Part shown: piece after piece, positions 1 to 10,592 of the stretch
Position numbering within the stretch: the stretch's first letter is position 1
Layout of the letters: every line of letters starts with the position of its first letter
Virus record (IMG/VR): IMGVR_UViG_2852309159_000005
Location: 1-64,000 of that record
From: an uncultured virus (IMG/VR IMGVR_UViG_2852309159_000005)
Lineage: Duplodnaviria; Heunggongvirae; Uroviricota; Caudoviricetes
Length of the DNA stretch: 64,000 nt
Strand: one strand, 5' to 3'
The notes under the pieces: model-generated
What the model was told of the DNA's origin: nothing
The model's database searches: none
The model's input: only the letters and a program-made list of their open reading frames with translations
Position numbers and translations under genes: made by a program

Positions 1-1159
1 TCATTTTAAATTCTCTACTTTTCTTAAGTGGGACGTATTTGGGACACAAGTGCCAAAAATACTGTCTATTTGCTTTGCATGTTCAGTCAAATGATTAGGC
101 GCTAGGTGAGCATACCTTCTAACCATATCAACTGATTCCCATCCGCCCATTTCTTGTAATACTGAAAGTGGAACTCCGGACTGAATTAACCAGCTCGCCC
201 ATGTGTGGCGCAGATCATGAAAACGGAAGTTTTCTATTCCTGCTCTTTTTAGTGCCGCCCTCCATGCTGTGTTAGAATCAACTCGCATTTTCCTAACACT
301 TGGCGTTAATGTTCCGTCTGTTCTCTTCTTTGATTCAGTATGAACAAATACCCATTTGTAATGGTTTCCTATTTGCTCCTTAAGAACCTGACAAGCAGTG
401 TCATTTAAAGCAACACCAATTGCTTGGCCTGATTTGCTATCCTCTGGGTTTATCCATGCAACTTTCCTTTGCATATCAATTTGACTCCACTCTAAATTGA
501 TAATATTGGATCGCCTTAATCCAGTGGCCAATGCAAATGTAACTACGGATTTCAGTGGTTCAGGGCATTCTTGAATCAGTCTTTTAGCTTCATGATGCTC
601 TAACCACCGAACCCGCTTTTCTCTGATTGTTGGAACTTTGATAACGGGAGATTTTTCTAACCATTTCCAATCACGTTCAGCAGCTCTTAACAGAGATTTC
701 ATGATGGCGAGATGCTTTGCTTTGGTTGCGTTACTGACAGGGACATCAGTAAATGCGGGGATTTCCTTTCCCTTTCTTTTAGCTGATTCCGCTTGTTTTT
801 TCCCATCTCTCTCTTGCTTTTCTGTTTACCATCTTATTGATAACGGAATATATTTTTGCTTCTGTAATATCCTTAAGTCGGTAACCTTCAAAGTGATCTA
901 ACCAAAAAGAAAGCCGACCTTTATCGTCATCCAGTGATTTTTTGTCTGCTTTCTCTTCAATCCATCGAACTATAGCCTCTTCGAAAGTAACATCAGGAAA
1001 GTCACCAAGACGCTCTATGCGCCATAACTCGACCTTTCTTGTGTCGTGCAACTCCTGCGCGAGCTTCTTGTCCTCTGTGCCAAGAGATTCCTTGATTCTT
1101 TTACCGCTTGGCGTCGTGTAGTTTCCGTACCATATTTTACCTCTTCTGAATAAAGACAT
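1..1159 (-). CDS. int: Tyrosine integrase, P22 Int/DLP12 IntD type; split by a 1-nt indel near 790-800
   Basis: ORFs 779-1159 ([11 protein letters not shown]) and 1-702 ([24 protein letters not shown]) join into one IntD-like protein. Confidence 0.93.
30..46 (+). promoter_or_regulatory. Integrase arm-type site pair TGGGAC-N5-TGGGAC
   Basis: tgggacgtatttgggac here; the same arrangement tgggacgattttgggac occurs at 49511-49527 near the other prophage end. Confidence 0.6.
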
Positions 1160-1383
1160 GATTTTCCCTCTCGTGTCTCACCAGCGTTCACTGGTATATT
1201 GTGAATTGATTTATTAGCCGCCGCAATACACGCAGCTCTCGTAAATAGGTATGGCGAGTTTTTCTTTGATGGGTCCTTTCTTGTGTATGCAATCAATCCT
1301 AGCTTGCACCAACGAGAGAGTGTGTCTTCTGATATACCAATATATGCGGCAGCTTCTTTTCTTGGCATGGTCATCCCTTCCAT
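1015..1383 (-). CDS. xis: Excisionase, P22 Xis-like
   Basis: HTH plus [22 protein letters not shown], resembling P22 Xis; overlaps the int start. Confidence 0.85.
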   Translation of the reverse strand: MEGMTMPRKEAAAYIGISEDTLSRWCKLGLIAYTRKDPSKKNSPYLFTRAACIAAANKSIHNIPVNAGETREGKSCLYSEEVKYGTETTRRQAVKESRNLLAQRTRSSRRSCTTQERSSYGA

Positions 1384-1392
1384 TTTACCCTC

Positions 1393-1587
1393 CTATCCAT
1401 TCTTCCTTTTATACTGCTCATGGTCATCACCGCAATCTTTACTGCAGTATGCACTATTAGGTGCGACTGGTTCTTCGTGACACCAGATACACATTCCGCT
1501 ATATGATTTAATTGCTACCTTGCGATTTGATAATGACACTTGAATATATAATTCGTTTGTTTCATTTGCTGAGTCGATAATGTCCAT
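1393..1587 (-). CDS. Small TraR/DksA-like C4 zinc-finger protein
   Basis: N-terminal DIIDSA; CxxC...CxxxC cluster. Confidence 0.5.
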   Translation of the reverse strand: MDIIDSANETNELYIQVSLSNRKVAIKSYSGMCIWCHEEPVAPNSAYCSKDCGDDHEQYKRKNG

Positions 1588-1594
1588 AATTTAC

Positions 1595-2196
1595 CTATAT
1601 TAATTGAATACTTTCTTCCGCTTGGTCGCCATATACATCCCAATCACCGTATTTCTCACGAGCGAATAATTCGAGTCTAGGAACGTCTCCGTATAATTCC
1701 TCCAAACGATGATGTACCTCTTTTGGCTTTTCGCTGTGTTCACCTAAGCACGAGTAAATAATTTGTCTCACGCTTGCAGACTTACGAGGTAATCCATTTC
1801 CTCTTGTTGCTATTAAACACATTTCGACATTTTGACGAGTGTAATTACCGCAATTAATCTTTGTCTCATTGTTTAATATTTCCATGAAATCGAAAAAATC
1901 CTCTGGCGGTTTTTATTTATTCTATCTCCTGCATTTTTATTTAATTTAACCCATACGAACCCGAACATGTTTTTAACTTTAAAATCCCATGCTTCGGCTA
2001 GTTTTATTGCTTCTAGTGCAAAGTTCCCTGTGTACCACATAAACAGTACGGCATTTTTAGAGGAGTGTTTTTCTATTGGTAATCGGGAGAGTGAATATAA
2101 GTCGGTGGTATTGTAATGATTATCTGCTGCTCCATTTGATACTTTGTTATTGTAAGACCAAGGAGGGTCAGCAAGAATTAAGTCATACTTTTTCAT
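1595..2196 (-). CDS. MT-A70 family DNA adenine methyltransferase (frameshifted near 1880-1915)
   Basis: ADPPW catalytic motif; C-terminal EHSEKP...RLELFAR. Confidence 0.85.
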
Positions 2197-2410
2197 TCTC
2201 CGCTCCACTATCACTTATATAAAACGGCAGTCCATCAGCTTCCATTGGCTTTATATTGGTAAATTTACATGGAAATAGCATTCCATCAAATTCATTAGCC
2301 ATCGTTAATGCTTGCTTTGCTTGTAATGCGATAATGTGTTTAGGAAGCACTATTTGATATGTAATACCATCAATTAATACTAACGTCGTCATTGCTTGAA
2401 CTTGTTTCAT
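2183..2410 (-). CDS. Hypothetical early phage protein
   Basis: ORF in the coupled left operon. Confidence 0.55.
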   Translation of the reverse strand: MKQVQAMTTLVLIDGITYQIVLPKHIIALQAKQALTMANEFDGMLFPCKFTNIKPMEADGLPFYISDSGAENEKV

Positions 2411-2755
2411 ATCTCGCCCATTTCTATTTTTGCCAATTTATTTAACACCCTATCTCTCCTATATTTAGGAGCTTCAGGCTCATTCTTTTTATTTCCATGC
2501 CTACCACTGAAATAGTAATTAACAATTATTCTGCAGTGTTCGTTATAACTAGACTCTATTAGGTCATCCATCGTTGATAGCTTTTTCACCTGAGCACCTC
2601 TCCACAAACAACTTCAACATTCCGCACCTGCATTATTTGCACTGCACGGCTCTCGCATTCTTGCTGTGTGTATATTTTCTCTGTAACAGGCACAGCATAA
2701 CCCTGTATTAGCACGAGTAATACATATCCGATTATTTGCATGAATTGTTACTTGA

Positions 2756-3010
2756 TTAGATTACAGTTATAAACATCCCGCACTGTCCGCATTCATATTC
2801 ATTTACATCACGGCCGTTATCATGCCAATCATTAGCTCGGCATTTGCATGTTAATGTTTTCTTGGTTTTTGCTTTGTAGCTTATTAAGAAAGGTTTGTTG
2901 AAATATTGGATTTCATCATCAAATTTAAATGAACTAACCTGAATTGATTTATTTCTTTCAGAATGGTCTTTATATCTAAAATAAATATCCACCTCAAAAC
3001 CATCATTCAT
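2756..3010 (-). CDS. Hypothetical protein with C-terminal Cys cluster
   Basis: Coupled ORF, CKC...CGQC. Confidence 0.5.
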   Translation of the reverse strand: MNDGFEVDIYFRYKDHSERNKSIQVSSFKFDDEIQYFNKPFLISYKAKTKKTLTCKCRANDWHDNGRDVNEYECGQCGMFITVI

Positions 3011-3261
3011 TTTTTTATTTTCACTCCATTACAGATTAAGCTGTGTCTTATGGCTGTTGATAACGCTGAACGTAAGCATTGACACCCTTGATATTTAATT
3101 GCCGTATCTCTCGCAGTATTAACGAGCTCTCTTAGTTGATGATGTTTAATTTCTGGCTCGGCACTCTCGCGTGATGCTTGCCATACATCGAATAGATTTA
3201 TCGTTGATGATTTATTCTTACTGCGCCACTCTTCAAATTGCTGTCTTGATTTATCCATCAC
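3007..3261 (-). CDS. Ea/Eaa-type early hypothetical protein
   Basis: SRQQFEEW...WQASR motif common in lambdoid ea genes. Confidence 0.55.
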   Translation of the reverse strand: MMDKSRQQFEEWRSKNKSSTINLFDVWQASRESAEPEIKHHQLRELVNTARDTAIKYQGCQCLRSALSTAIRHSLICNGVKIKK

Positions 3262-3548
3262 TCCACCTTTCTATATCCAGCTTTATATAAACGCTCGGCA
3301 TGTGCTCTGGCTGTTCCCATTCCCATATCAACTAAACCTAAGTCACCAGTTGATAAATCAATTGCCATTTGCTCAATTTCTTTTTCTGCTATTTCCTTGC
3401 GCTTTTCATCTGCCATTTCTTTCACTAAATCAGAACACTCAAAACAAATATTTGCCGTATGACCTTGGATTAAATTATCTTTACCAACCTCCTTATCACA
3501 TAAGTTACAAACATCCTTAGGGTCTGGCTCTGGCAGTGTGAATTTCAT
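3258..3548 (-). CDS. ClpX-type C4 zinc-finger phage protein
   Basis: CNLC...LIQG...ICFECSDL. Confidence 0.6.
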   Translation of the reverse strand: MKFTLPEPDPKDVCNLCDKEVGKDNLIQGHTANICFECSDLVKEMADEKRKEIAEKEIEQMAIDLSTGDLGLVDMGMGTARAHAERLYKAGYRKVE

Positions 3549-3613
3549 AAATTACCCATAATGTGTAAAACTGTTCATATTCATTCCTCTTCATTGCATC
3601 CCTGCGAGTTAAA

Positions 3614-3979
3614 TTAAGCTGTCCGTAGCTTTTCAAGTTCGGGGTAATGTTTGCGGATTAATTCAATTGCTTCTGCAAAGCTAATTTCGCCTTCCATCTG
3701 CTTATCGAACCAAGTTTGAATATCCTCTGAATTGCCGTCGCTATCTTTCAGGTCGCTAAAAATATCAACCTCAGAATCCCATTCCAAAGCACCATATAGC
3801 CAATCAGTGGCTTCTTTTACTTTCCTTTTGCTAATTAAAAATGATGCTATCTGAACGGTGCTGGTGAAGCGATTTAATATACAGACAGTCGCATTACCCA
3901 TTGCCGCTCTATCCATAATGCTGCTTATTTCTTTTTTGAGTTTATCTGTCATATCCATCTCCTGTTTGCATCCTTGCAC
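3614..3979 (-). CDS. Hypothetical early protein
   Basis: ORF in the left operon. Confidence 0.55.
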   Translation of the reverse strand: MQGCKQEMDMTDKLKKEISSIMDRAAMGNATVCILNRFTSTVQIASFLISKRKVKEATDWLYGALEWDSEVDIFSDLKDSDGNSEDIQTWFDKQMEGEISFAEAIELIRKHYPELEKLRTA

Positions 3980-3996
3980 TGAGTCCTTTGGTTGAA

Positions 3997-4275
3997 TTAC
4001 ATAATTAATAAGCCATTTCTTATGTGTATATCATTAGGGCTTACGCCTAGCTCTTCTGCGATTTCATTTTTTAGGTCGCGAAATCTTAATTGAAAGTCGT
4101 GTTGAGCTAGTTCATGAATAAAAAGTTCCTTTCCAATAAAACTAAACTCACCGCTTAAATATGAGCCGTGTCGTGTATATTCATCATCTAGCAAATCATC
4201 TATTTCTTCTTCATCGATTGTCACGTTATCTATATCTGTTCCGATAATTATCTTTGGTACATAATTAATACTCAT
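3997..4275 (-). CDS. Hypothetical acidic protein
   Basis: ORF with RBS (AAAGGA) in the left operon. Confidence 0.55.
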   Translation of the reverse strand: MSINYVPKIIIGTDIDNVTIDEEEIDDLLDDEYTRHGSYLSGEFSFIGKELFIHELAQHDFQLRFRDLKNEIAEELGVSPNDIHIRNGLLIM

Positions 4276-4307
4276 GGTTATATCCTTTGGTTAAACGGGT
4301 GGAGTGG

Positions 4308-4797
4308 TCAGAAAGGCATAGGATCATCCCAATCTTGAGGTGGCTCACTTTGTGGTGTTTGATTACTCGATGCTTGTTTTGGTGCTTGCGGTTGCTGAGG
4401 TTGACCCCAACCGCCTTGGCCTTGTGAAGGTGCATTATCTTGACCACCACGGCCACCTAACATCTGCATTGTGCCACCGATATTCACCACAACTTCAGTG
4501 CTGTAGCGATCTTGACCACTTTGATCTTGCCATTTACGTGTTTGTAATTGACCTTCAATATAAACTTGTGAACCTTTACGCAGATATTCACCTGCAATTT
4601 CTGCTAATTTGCCGAAGATGCACACTCGATGCCACTCAGTTTTTTTCTTTCATCTCACCAGTTTGTTTATCACGCCACGATTCCGATGTGGCCAATGTGA
4701 GATTTGCAATAGCGCCACCTGATGGCATGTATCGAATTTCAGGGTCTTGCCCCAAGTGACCAATAAGAATACATTTATTCACGCCTTTACTTGCCAT
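4308..4797 (-). CDS. ssb: Single-stranded DNA-binding protein (frameshift at the T-run near 4640-4646)
   Basis: [23 protein letters not shown]...[10 protein letters not shown]...acidic DDPMPF tail. Confidence 0.95.
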
Positions 4798-5487
4798 ATA
4801 CACTCCATTGATTGCCAAATTGAATGCCTAACTTGTTTAACCCCTGATCCATTACTTCGATGAACTCAGGCACTAACTCGTCGAATTCTTTCATCATTTT
4901 TTCGTCACGCTCAACAAGGAAATATGCGATTTCTTTCCCTGCCGGCATGCGTGGGTCAAAATTTGCAAAGTGCCAGATATCCTTACCTGTAACCCACATG
5001 GAATATTGAACTTGAGCCACATATTCCTTTTTCATTGCATTGATTCCATTCAATGCCAAGTCTATAAATACGTCCGTGTTATTAGGGCATTTAAGCTCTA
5101 ATCCAGAGCCATCACTGCAAATGCCGTCTGGTGAGCAAGCTATCCGTAGTTGCTCATCTTTAAATATTATTGGCACTTCCTTTGCCGTTAATCCGGTGTA
5201 AAACTCGAATGTCATCCTTGCTTCTAATTCGTAGTTTTTACCCCATTCCAGCGTCCTTGCTGATACTTCCTTGTAAACTCCTGTACAGACTTCACCAATA
5301 AGGGTGTTTAAATATGTTTTCTTTGTGTCTGGCCATTTTTTTCCCTGACTTTGGCTTAGAGATAACCTTCCATGCCTCAGAGGCAGTTACTACACCGAGC
5401 CTGATAGACATCCATTCTTCGCTTCCTTGCTCTACTTTGGTTAAATCAATGCCTGTTTTTGCTTAGAATGATGTCATTACTAATCAT
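4787..5487 (-). CDS. Lambda-Exo/YqaJ-family exonuclease (5' part frameshifted)
   Basis: EQGSEEW...VTASE upstream; ACSPDG, LELKCP and [10 protein letters not shown] in the ORF. Confidence 0.9.
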
Positions 5488-6369
5488 TTTCCTTCTGCCT
5501 TTTTCCTTAGCATGTCGATAATGGTATTGGCTTCAAATGTGGTTAATTGCTCTGGATGGGATATTTGATGGTTGAATTTTTTTACTAATGAATGTGAAGA
5601 ATGCGTCACTCCATTCGCCATTAACTTTAAGCATCAAGTCCGTGATAGCCTTTAATTGATCCTCGCTTGCTGGCGTTATGTCCTTTGATTTACTTTCAGG
5701 CGCATCAAAATAATTTCCTTCACCTGCCTCGGTATTCACATAATCAATGGCTTGATCTAACCTTTCACGACGAGGCCAGTATTTGCTCGCTCTTTTCACA
5801 ATTGTTTTGCGAGCCATCTCATCCCACCATGTTTTCCATGGGCCATTTCTTGACTTGCTCGTAGCCTCAACAGCCTTTATCTCATCCAATCTCATCTCTT
5901 CCGTGAGATAGTCGCCACTTGCTGTTTTTACTGTGCAATAACCACCAATAACACTACCTCTATCACTGAATGCGTTATATTTGTGGGTTGGCGGGGTGTC
6001 TAGACCATTGGATTCATAAACATCATTTTCATGGACTAACTTGCATTGACCCCATTCGATAGCTTGAGTCACTTGAGCTAGGTGCATGAGGCCCATATAG
6101 CTAATATCAAGACACACGAATCCATTACGAGGAACTAAGTACGCCAACTTACTTGCAGGGTTTAATGTAATTCCAATGGCAGCCACATTAATAATTGCAT
6201 TCTGTGCGCTTGCAGGATTTTCCATTGCCACTTTTGCTAGGCTGTCATTCCGTTGAAACGCTTGGATTGCAAACTGGCTTTCCTTAGCCCATGTGATCGT
6301 TTGATCTGTCAGTGCGTTACAAAATAATGGTTCTTGTTGTTGCACAAACTCAATAATTGACGTGCTCAC
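5484..6369 (-). CDS. RecT-family single-strand annealing recombinase (C-terminal frameshift)
   Basis: GITLNPASKLAYLVPR...ISYMGL...PWKTWWDEMARKTIVKRASKYWP. Confidence 0.85.
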
Positions 6370-6617
6370 AATATCTCCTTATCTATCCCTATCTGAATAG
6401 CTGTTCTAATTCCGTCTAAAACCGCATCCAGCGCTTGGGGGCTAATTTCAAATACCGGATTTAACTTCCTTGCTAAATCCATACATAACAGTTCTTCTGG
6501 TAGGCTATCCATAACCTCATCAACTGATATTTTCTCTTCCTGAGAGTTAACAAACGCTTCTCGTTCCATTTGGCGTTCGTACCAGTCGTTTCTGAGTCCG
6601 CAGGTGTTGGTAATCAC
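6366..6617 (-). CDS. Hypothetical protein
   Basis: Coupled ORF. Confidence 0.55.
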   Translation of the reverse strand: MITNTCGLRNDWYERQMEREAFVNSQEEKISVDEVMDSLPEELLCMDLARKLNPVFEISPQALDAVLDGIRTAIQIGIDKEIL

Positions 6618-6889
6618 GCAACCCTCCTGAAATACAACTCATTGAGTATCTTCGCGACTACTTCCCCTCGTCCTGAGAGATGAATAGCCGCAGCGAGTGA
6701 CTTTTCGTCATACTGATTAATGATGTAATCAACGACTTCTGATGGCTCAGGTTGGTAATACTGAGTAAGCTCTCTGAATGATTCTGTTTCAATGCGGACA
6801 TCGTTAAGATTCTGAAAGGCTATTTCCGTGCCATTATTTCGGTTTCTACTGGTCATATCTGCATAGGTGTAACGTATAGTCAGTGACAT
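6614..6889 (-). CDS. Hypothetical protein
   Basis: Coupled ORF with RBS. Confidence 0.55.
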   Translation of the reverse strand: MSLTIRYTYADMTSRNRNNGTEIAFQNLNDVRIETESFRELTQYYQPEPSEVVDYIINQYDEKSLAAAIHLSGRGEVVAKILNELYFRRVA

Positions 6890-7111
6890 ACTTTCCTCCC
6901 GTAAGCCATCTTCTGTAGTTGACTCGCCAACCGCCAGACATCCTTGTTATTAGTTGAGACGGCTATCCTTGCCGCTTGACGTGCGAGTTGTAAAAAAGGC
7001 GTAGTGATACGCACCGCCATGCAATCACGCATAGCGCTGTAATAGTTAGTTTTCATTGTTACCTCGCTAGGTGAGCGATAGGGTGGTTATTTGGTGTTGG
7101 TGCGGTGGGTA

Positions 7112-8053
7112 TTAGTAGTTCATTGTCATGTGGGGGATTTTATTACCAGCAACTAACTTAATAAATTCAGTCGCTAATTTTTCATCAAACCCGTGACTTG
7201 CCAAGGCTTGTAAGGTTTCTTGGTTATACTTGCGACGATGTTCCTTATCAGCCTGACGTTTGGCTTCTTCCTGACGCTTACGTTCTTCTTCTGCTAATCG
7301 CGCTTGTTCTACTTCCCGTGCTTTCTTGCGTTCGGCTTCGATAGCTAATTGCTTCTCACGCTCTGCTCGTTCATGAGCTTCTTTAGCATCACGTTCTGCC
7401 TTTTCCTTGGCTTCTTTCGCCGCTTGCTCTGCACGTTGAATTGCTTCCTGCTTTTCACGCTCTGCACGTTCAGCGGCTTCTTTTGCTTCACGCTCACGCC
7501 GTGCTGCCGCTTCAATTTCTTGCTGTGCTTTGCGCTCAGCTTCAAGTCTTGCCTGTTCCGCAGCTTGTCGCTTCATTTCTTCTTCACGAGCAATGCGTTT
7601 GCGTTCTTCTTCAGCTTTGCGTAAATCAAACAGCTCGTTCATTTGCAGGGCTTCTTCATGATCAACTTCGATTTGCTTCTTAAGCGCTTCGGCTTCTTCG
7701 CGAGCTTTTTCTTGTGCTTCCCACTCTGTTAGTGGCTTGCGAATATCTGTGCTTAATGCATCTAGCTCGTCACGAAATATCTTGCGATTAGCATCAACTT
7801 TTTTGGGTAGCTCTTTTAACTTATCGACAACTGCTTTACCTTCCTTGTCGATATACGTTTTTGTTTGAGCAACTTTGTACGCCAGAGATGCAAAAGCCTT
7901 TCGGTTTTTAGCTACTGAGAAATCACTGTCGAGTTCTTTTCGCTCTTCTTCTGCTAGAGATTTAATGTACTCTAACATCTGATTTACTTTTTCTGTCGCC
8001 GTAAACAAACCTAGCGCCGTAGCTTGTTCAATTACGACTAATTCATTTGCCAT
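7112..8053 (-). CDS. Long coiled-coil (E/K/R/A-rich) early phage protein
   Basis: SLAYKVAQTKTYIDKEGK N-domain followed by charged helical repeats. Confidence 0.75.
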   Translation of the reverse strand: MANELVVIEQATALGLFTATEKVNQMLEYIKSLAEEERKELDSDFSVAKNRKAFASLAYKVAQTKTYIDKEGKAVVDKLKELPKKVDANRKIFRDELDALSTDIRKPLTEWEAQEKAREEAEALKKQIEVDHEEALQMNELFDLRKAEEERKRIAREEEMKRQAAEQARLEAERKAQQEIEAAARREREAKEAAERAEREKQEAIQRAEQAAKEAKEKAERDAKEAHERAEREKQLAIEAERKKAREVEQARLAEEERKRQEEAKRQADKEHRRKYNQETLQALASHGFDEKLATEFIKLVAGNKIPHMTMNY

Positions 8054-8146
8054 TTCCTATATTCCTTATGTGCGTATTCCTCACTATTAATAGCGATATG
8101 AATGATTAAGTGGTGGGTTACTGCTGACCAAGAGCTTTTGCGATTG

Positions 8147-8392
8147 CTAGAGTGGCGATTCTAACTTAGCGACAACTTCATCGAAATCAACTTCAAACTC
8201 TTCGCAGTAGTCTCGCAGTACAGTAAATTCAATGGAATTGTTTACAGCTTGAGCCTCATCCTGAGTAAGCAAATCATCACGGTAATCATAGAATGCTACG
8301 GCTGTTAATCGACCGCCTAATATCTCCTTTCCTGCGTTTACAGACGGCTCCTTGCCATCTTTATACTCAACTACGAATGTCATTTTTCCCAC
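8147..8392 (-). CDS. Hypothetical protein
   Basis: ORF in the left operon. Confidence 0.55.
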   Translation of the reverse strand: MGKMTFVVEYKDGKEPSVNAGKEILGGRLTAVAFYDYRDDLLTQDEAQAVNNSIEFTVLRDYCEEFEVDFDEVVAKLESPL

Positions 8393-8831
8393 ATATCACC
8401 CCCTAGCCTTTAACATTGCATCTGCCATGCGGTATGCGCAATTTGCGTGGTATTCTTCACTAAAAACTCATATCAAATGGCTTGCATTGTTCGTTTGAAA
8501 GCATCCCCTGCATAGCCTTAGCAGCGAAATAGTCTCGCAACGTCATGCCTGCGGTAGTGCCATGTAACTCTGTTGCTGGAATCGGAAAAGCCGCTCCACC
8601 TGTTTTATCTGTCATACTCCCTCCGTTATTAACTAATTCAACAGTTTCCAAAATGGAAATAGTTGCTCTATCTCCTATCTATTAATCAACTCACCACAGC
8701 CCACAGAATGGACTGGGATTAGTTAACTGTGCCCGTTTGTTTATCCACTTAGGGCGTCAGTGGTTTCTCTAGTCCCCACCAAAGAAATTGGTTACAATGT
8801 GTTCACCCCACCAATGAAAAAGGAAAACAAC

Positions 8832-9347
8832 ATGCACGTTCTATCAGAGAGGCAAGAAATGATTATTCAAGCATTAAATAATAGAGAATTCTTAATGAAA
8901 CCAATAACTCAGGATAAATTTAACGAGTTACTGGAAGAATTCGGAGAAGACCAACTAGCAAGAGAGTTGGACTACTTGCAAAAAAGAGGGTTAGTACAAG
9001 ACGGTGCTGTGAGAGTCGGCGTTGTCGATGATGAGCCCTATTCTTTTAATATTCACAAAATGGGGTTAACCGCTGATGGTGTTGACTGCGCTAATGCCGA
9101 CACTCTTGGTAACAAATTAAACGTTGTTAACATAAAAATTCACGAAAGCACCATTAACAATTTAGAAGCAATGATCAGAGCCGTTAACCTACCTGATGAA
9201 GATAAAAAAACGCTTCTCGATATGGTAAAGGAAAAGGGCGCTGAAGCTGTTGTTAGTAGAATGGTTGATTATGCATTTGCTAATGCAAGTATTGCTACCA
9301 AGCTATTCCTTGAAGCTACCAAAACAAAACTTGGATTTCATGACTAA
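8832..9347 (+). CDS. Accessory gene opposing the pL operon (sieB-equivalent position), possible winged-helix N-terminus
   Basis: RBS AAGGAA before ATG 8832; convergent with N. Confidence 0.7.
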   Translation: MHVLSERQEMIIQALNNREFLMKPITQDKFNELLEEFGEDQLARELDYLQKRGLVQDGAVRVGVVDDEPYSFNIHKMGLTADGVDCANADTLGNKLNVVNIKIHESTINNLEAMIRAVNLPDEDKKTLLDMVKEKGAEAVVSRMVDYAFANASIATKLFLEATKTKLGFHD

Positions 9348-9362
9348 GCCCATCCGTGGGCT

Positions 9363-9635
9363 TTACCTCGCCGTAACCCCGAACTCACTGCTCGGCTGTT
9401 TTGTTTTAACTCCTGAAAATACTGCTACATTAGGTAAGCAACAGTTATCTCCACTTGGATAATGCTTTGTTGGTTTGAGAGAGAGAACAGGGCGTTCTGG
9501 TCTCTCAACGCCAAATATCGAATCCCAAATTTCTTCCACTGAGCGACTTCTCATAGCTATCTTTCGAGCCAAAAACTCACCTTGCTTTCTGCGTCTGCGA
9601 ATTTTTGAGTTCTCTTTAAAAATTATTGTTGCCAT
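9363..9635 (-). CDS. N: N antitermination protein
   Basis: First pL gene after nutL; Arg-rich KIRRRRK; MATIIFKE, LARKIA and SEFGVT resemble phage 21 N; CLPNVA resembles the lambda/P22 N C-terminus. Confidence 0.85.
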   Translation of the reverse strand: MATIIFKENSKIRRRRKQGEFLARKIAMRSRSVEEIWDSIFGVERPERPVLSLKPTKHYPSGDNCCLPNVAVFSGVKTKQPSSEFGVTAR

Positions 9636-9750
9636 ATTTGCCTCCTAAGTGATATTTGGTGGTGATGCCGGATGCCTCCGGTAGCTGTCTTTCGCCCACA
9701 AGGCGACTGCTTGTCTTTTCGACCATCACCCCAAAAACCACTCAGTGGTT

Positions 9751-9793
9751 GCTCTGAAAATTTATTCTGAGCGTTCCTAATTGTAAAAGAGCG
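9751..9793 (-). promoter_or_regulatory. nutL: boxA CGCTCTTTTACA plus boxB GCTC-A-GAA-TAAATT-TTC-A-GAGC
   Basis: Lies between pL and N; mirrors nutR with a compensatory GAA/TTC vs GAG/CTC change. Confidence 0.85.
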
Positions 9794-9835
9794 AACATCC
9801 TGTTTATCTATGGCTCCTTGCCTTCGATGTGATAA

Positions 9836-9900
9836 ATATTACATGCGGTATTTATTTAAGTCAATACCATCGGTAATATAAAATTATATTTTCGGTAATA
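9836..9900 (-). promoter_or_regulatory. pL promoter and OL operators
   Basis: TTGACT-17 nt-TAATAT on the minus strand; three imperfect ATTACC/GGTAAT-type palindromes. Confidence 0.7.
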
Positions 9901-10007
9901 TTATTGAATTTAAAAGGAATTTTTTTCAAAAAAATCTCAGATTGGAATGCAGATCACTTCTTTGGAGGGGAGGGGGTACAAAAAAGCCCTCGCGGAGAGG
10001 GCTGGGG

Positions 10008-10520
10008 TTATCTATGTTTTGTTAAGTCTATAAGAGACTTAAGGCTTTCTACTATCTTCTGTCTTACATCGTCTTCTAAAGTTGGTTTGTGATACTTATC
10101 CCACTTAATCATTGATACAGCATCACAAAACTCCTTGTAAGCCACTATCAGCTTTTCTCTTTCCTTTTCTTTCATATGGATAGAAAGATTCAATATTTCT
10201 TTTTCATTAACTAAAGAATGGTGAACGCACAACCCTAAATCTAGATCTTTCTTGGCTTTAATGAGCCTTATGTAGATAGGGTCTGCAACTGAATTAAACT
10301 CTTTGCGCCGGTCGTTGCGTCTGTTCGAATAAACACCAATAAAGTATGATGCAATTATTGCAACGATTGATATAATTCTTTCAGTATTTGCAATAATCCA
10401 CTTAACTATTTCATCCACTATCGAGGTTCCTATGCCTAACTTGGAAGCCAAAATCATTGAATTAGAAAAGGCGAATGCAGTATTACAAAGCCAGTATGGA
10501 AACCTATTGGCTATTTGCAT
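10008..10520 (-). CDS. Immunity-region accessory protein (rex position) with one hydrophobic helix
   Basis: Directly downstream of cI; IISIVAIIASYFIGVY; terminator at ~9980-10003; true start may be internal. Confidence 0.65.
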   Translation of the reverse strand: MQIANRFPYWLCNTAFAFSNSMILASKLGIGTSIVDEIVKWIIANTERIISIVAIIASYFIGVYSNRRNDRRKEFNSVADPIYIRLIKAKKDLDLGLCVHHSLVNEKEILNLSIHMKEKEREKLIVAYKEFCDAVSMIKWDKYHKPTLEDDVRQKIVESLKSLIDLTKHR

Positions 10521-10592
10521 TGGGCTTATCGTAGTTATGTTTATAGCTATCTATCGGTTAAAATAAAATTATTAAAACGTGTCGTCAGGCCA

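Noticed and set aside
7112..8053. TolA or other host envelope gene
   Set aside because: Similarity is only low-complexity charged coiled coil; no TM anchor; it lies in the phage early operon
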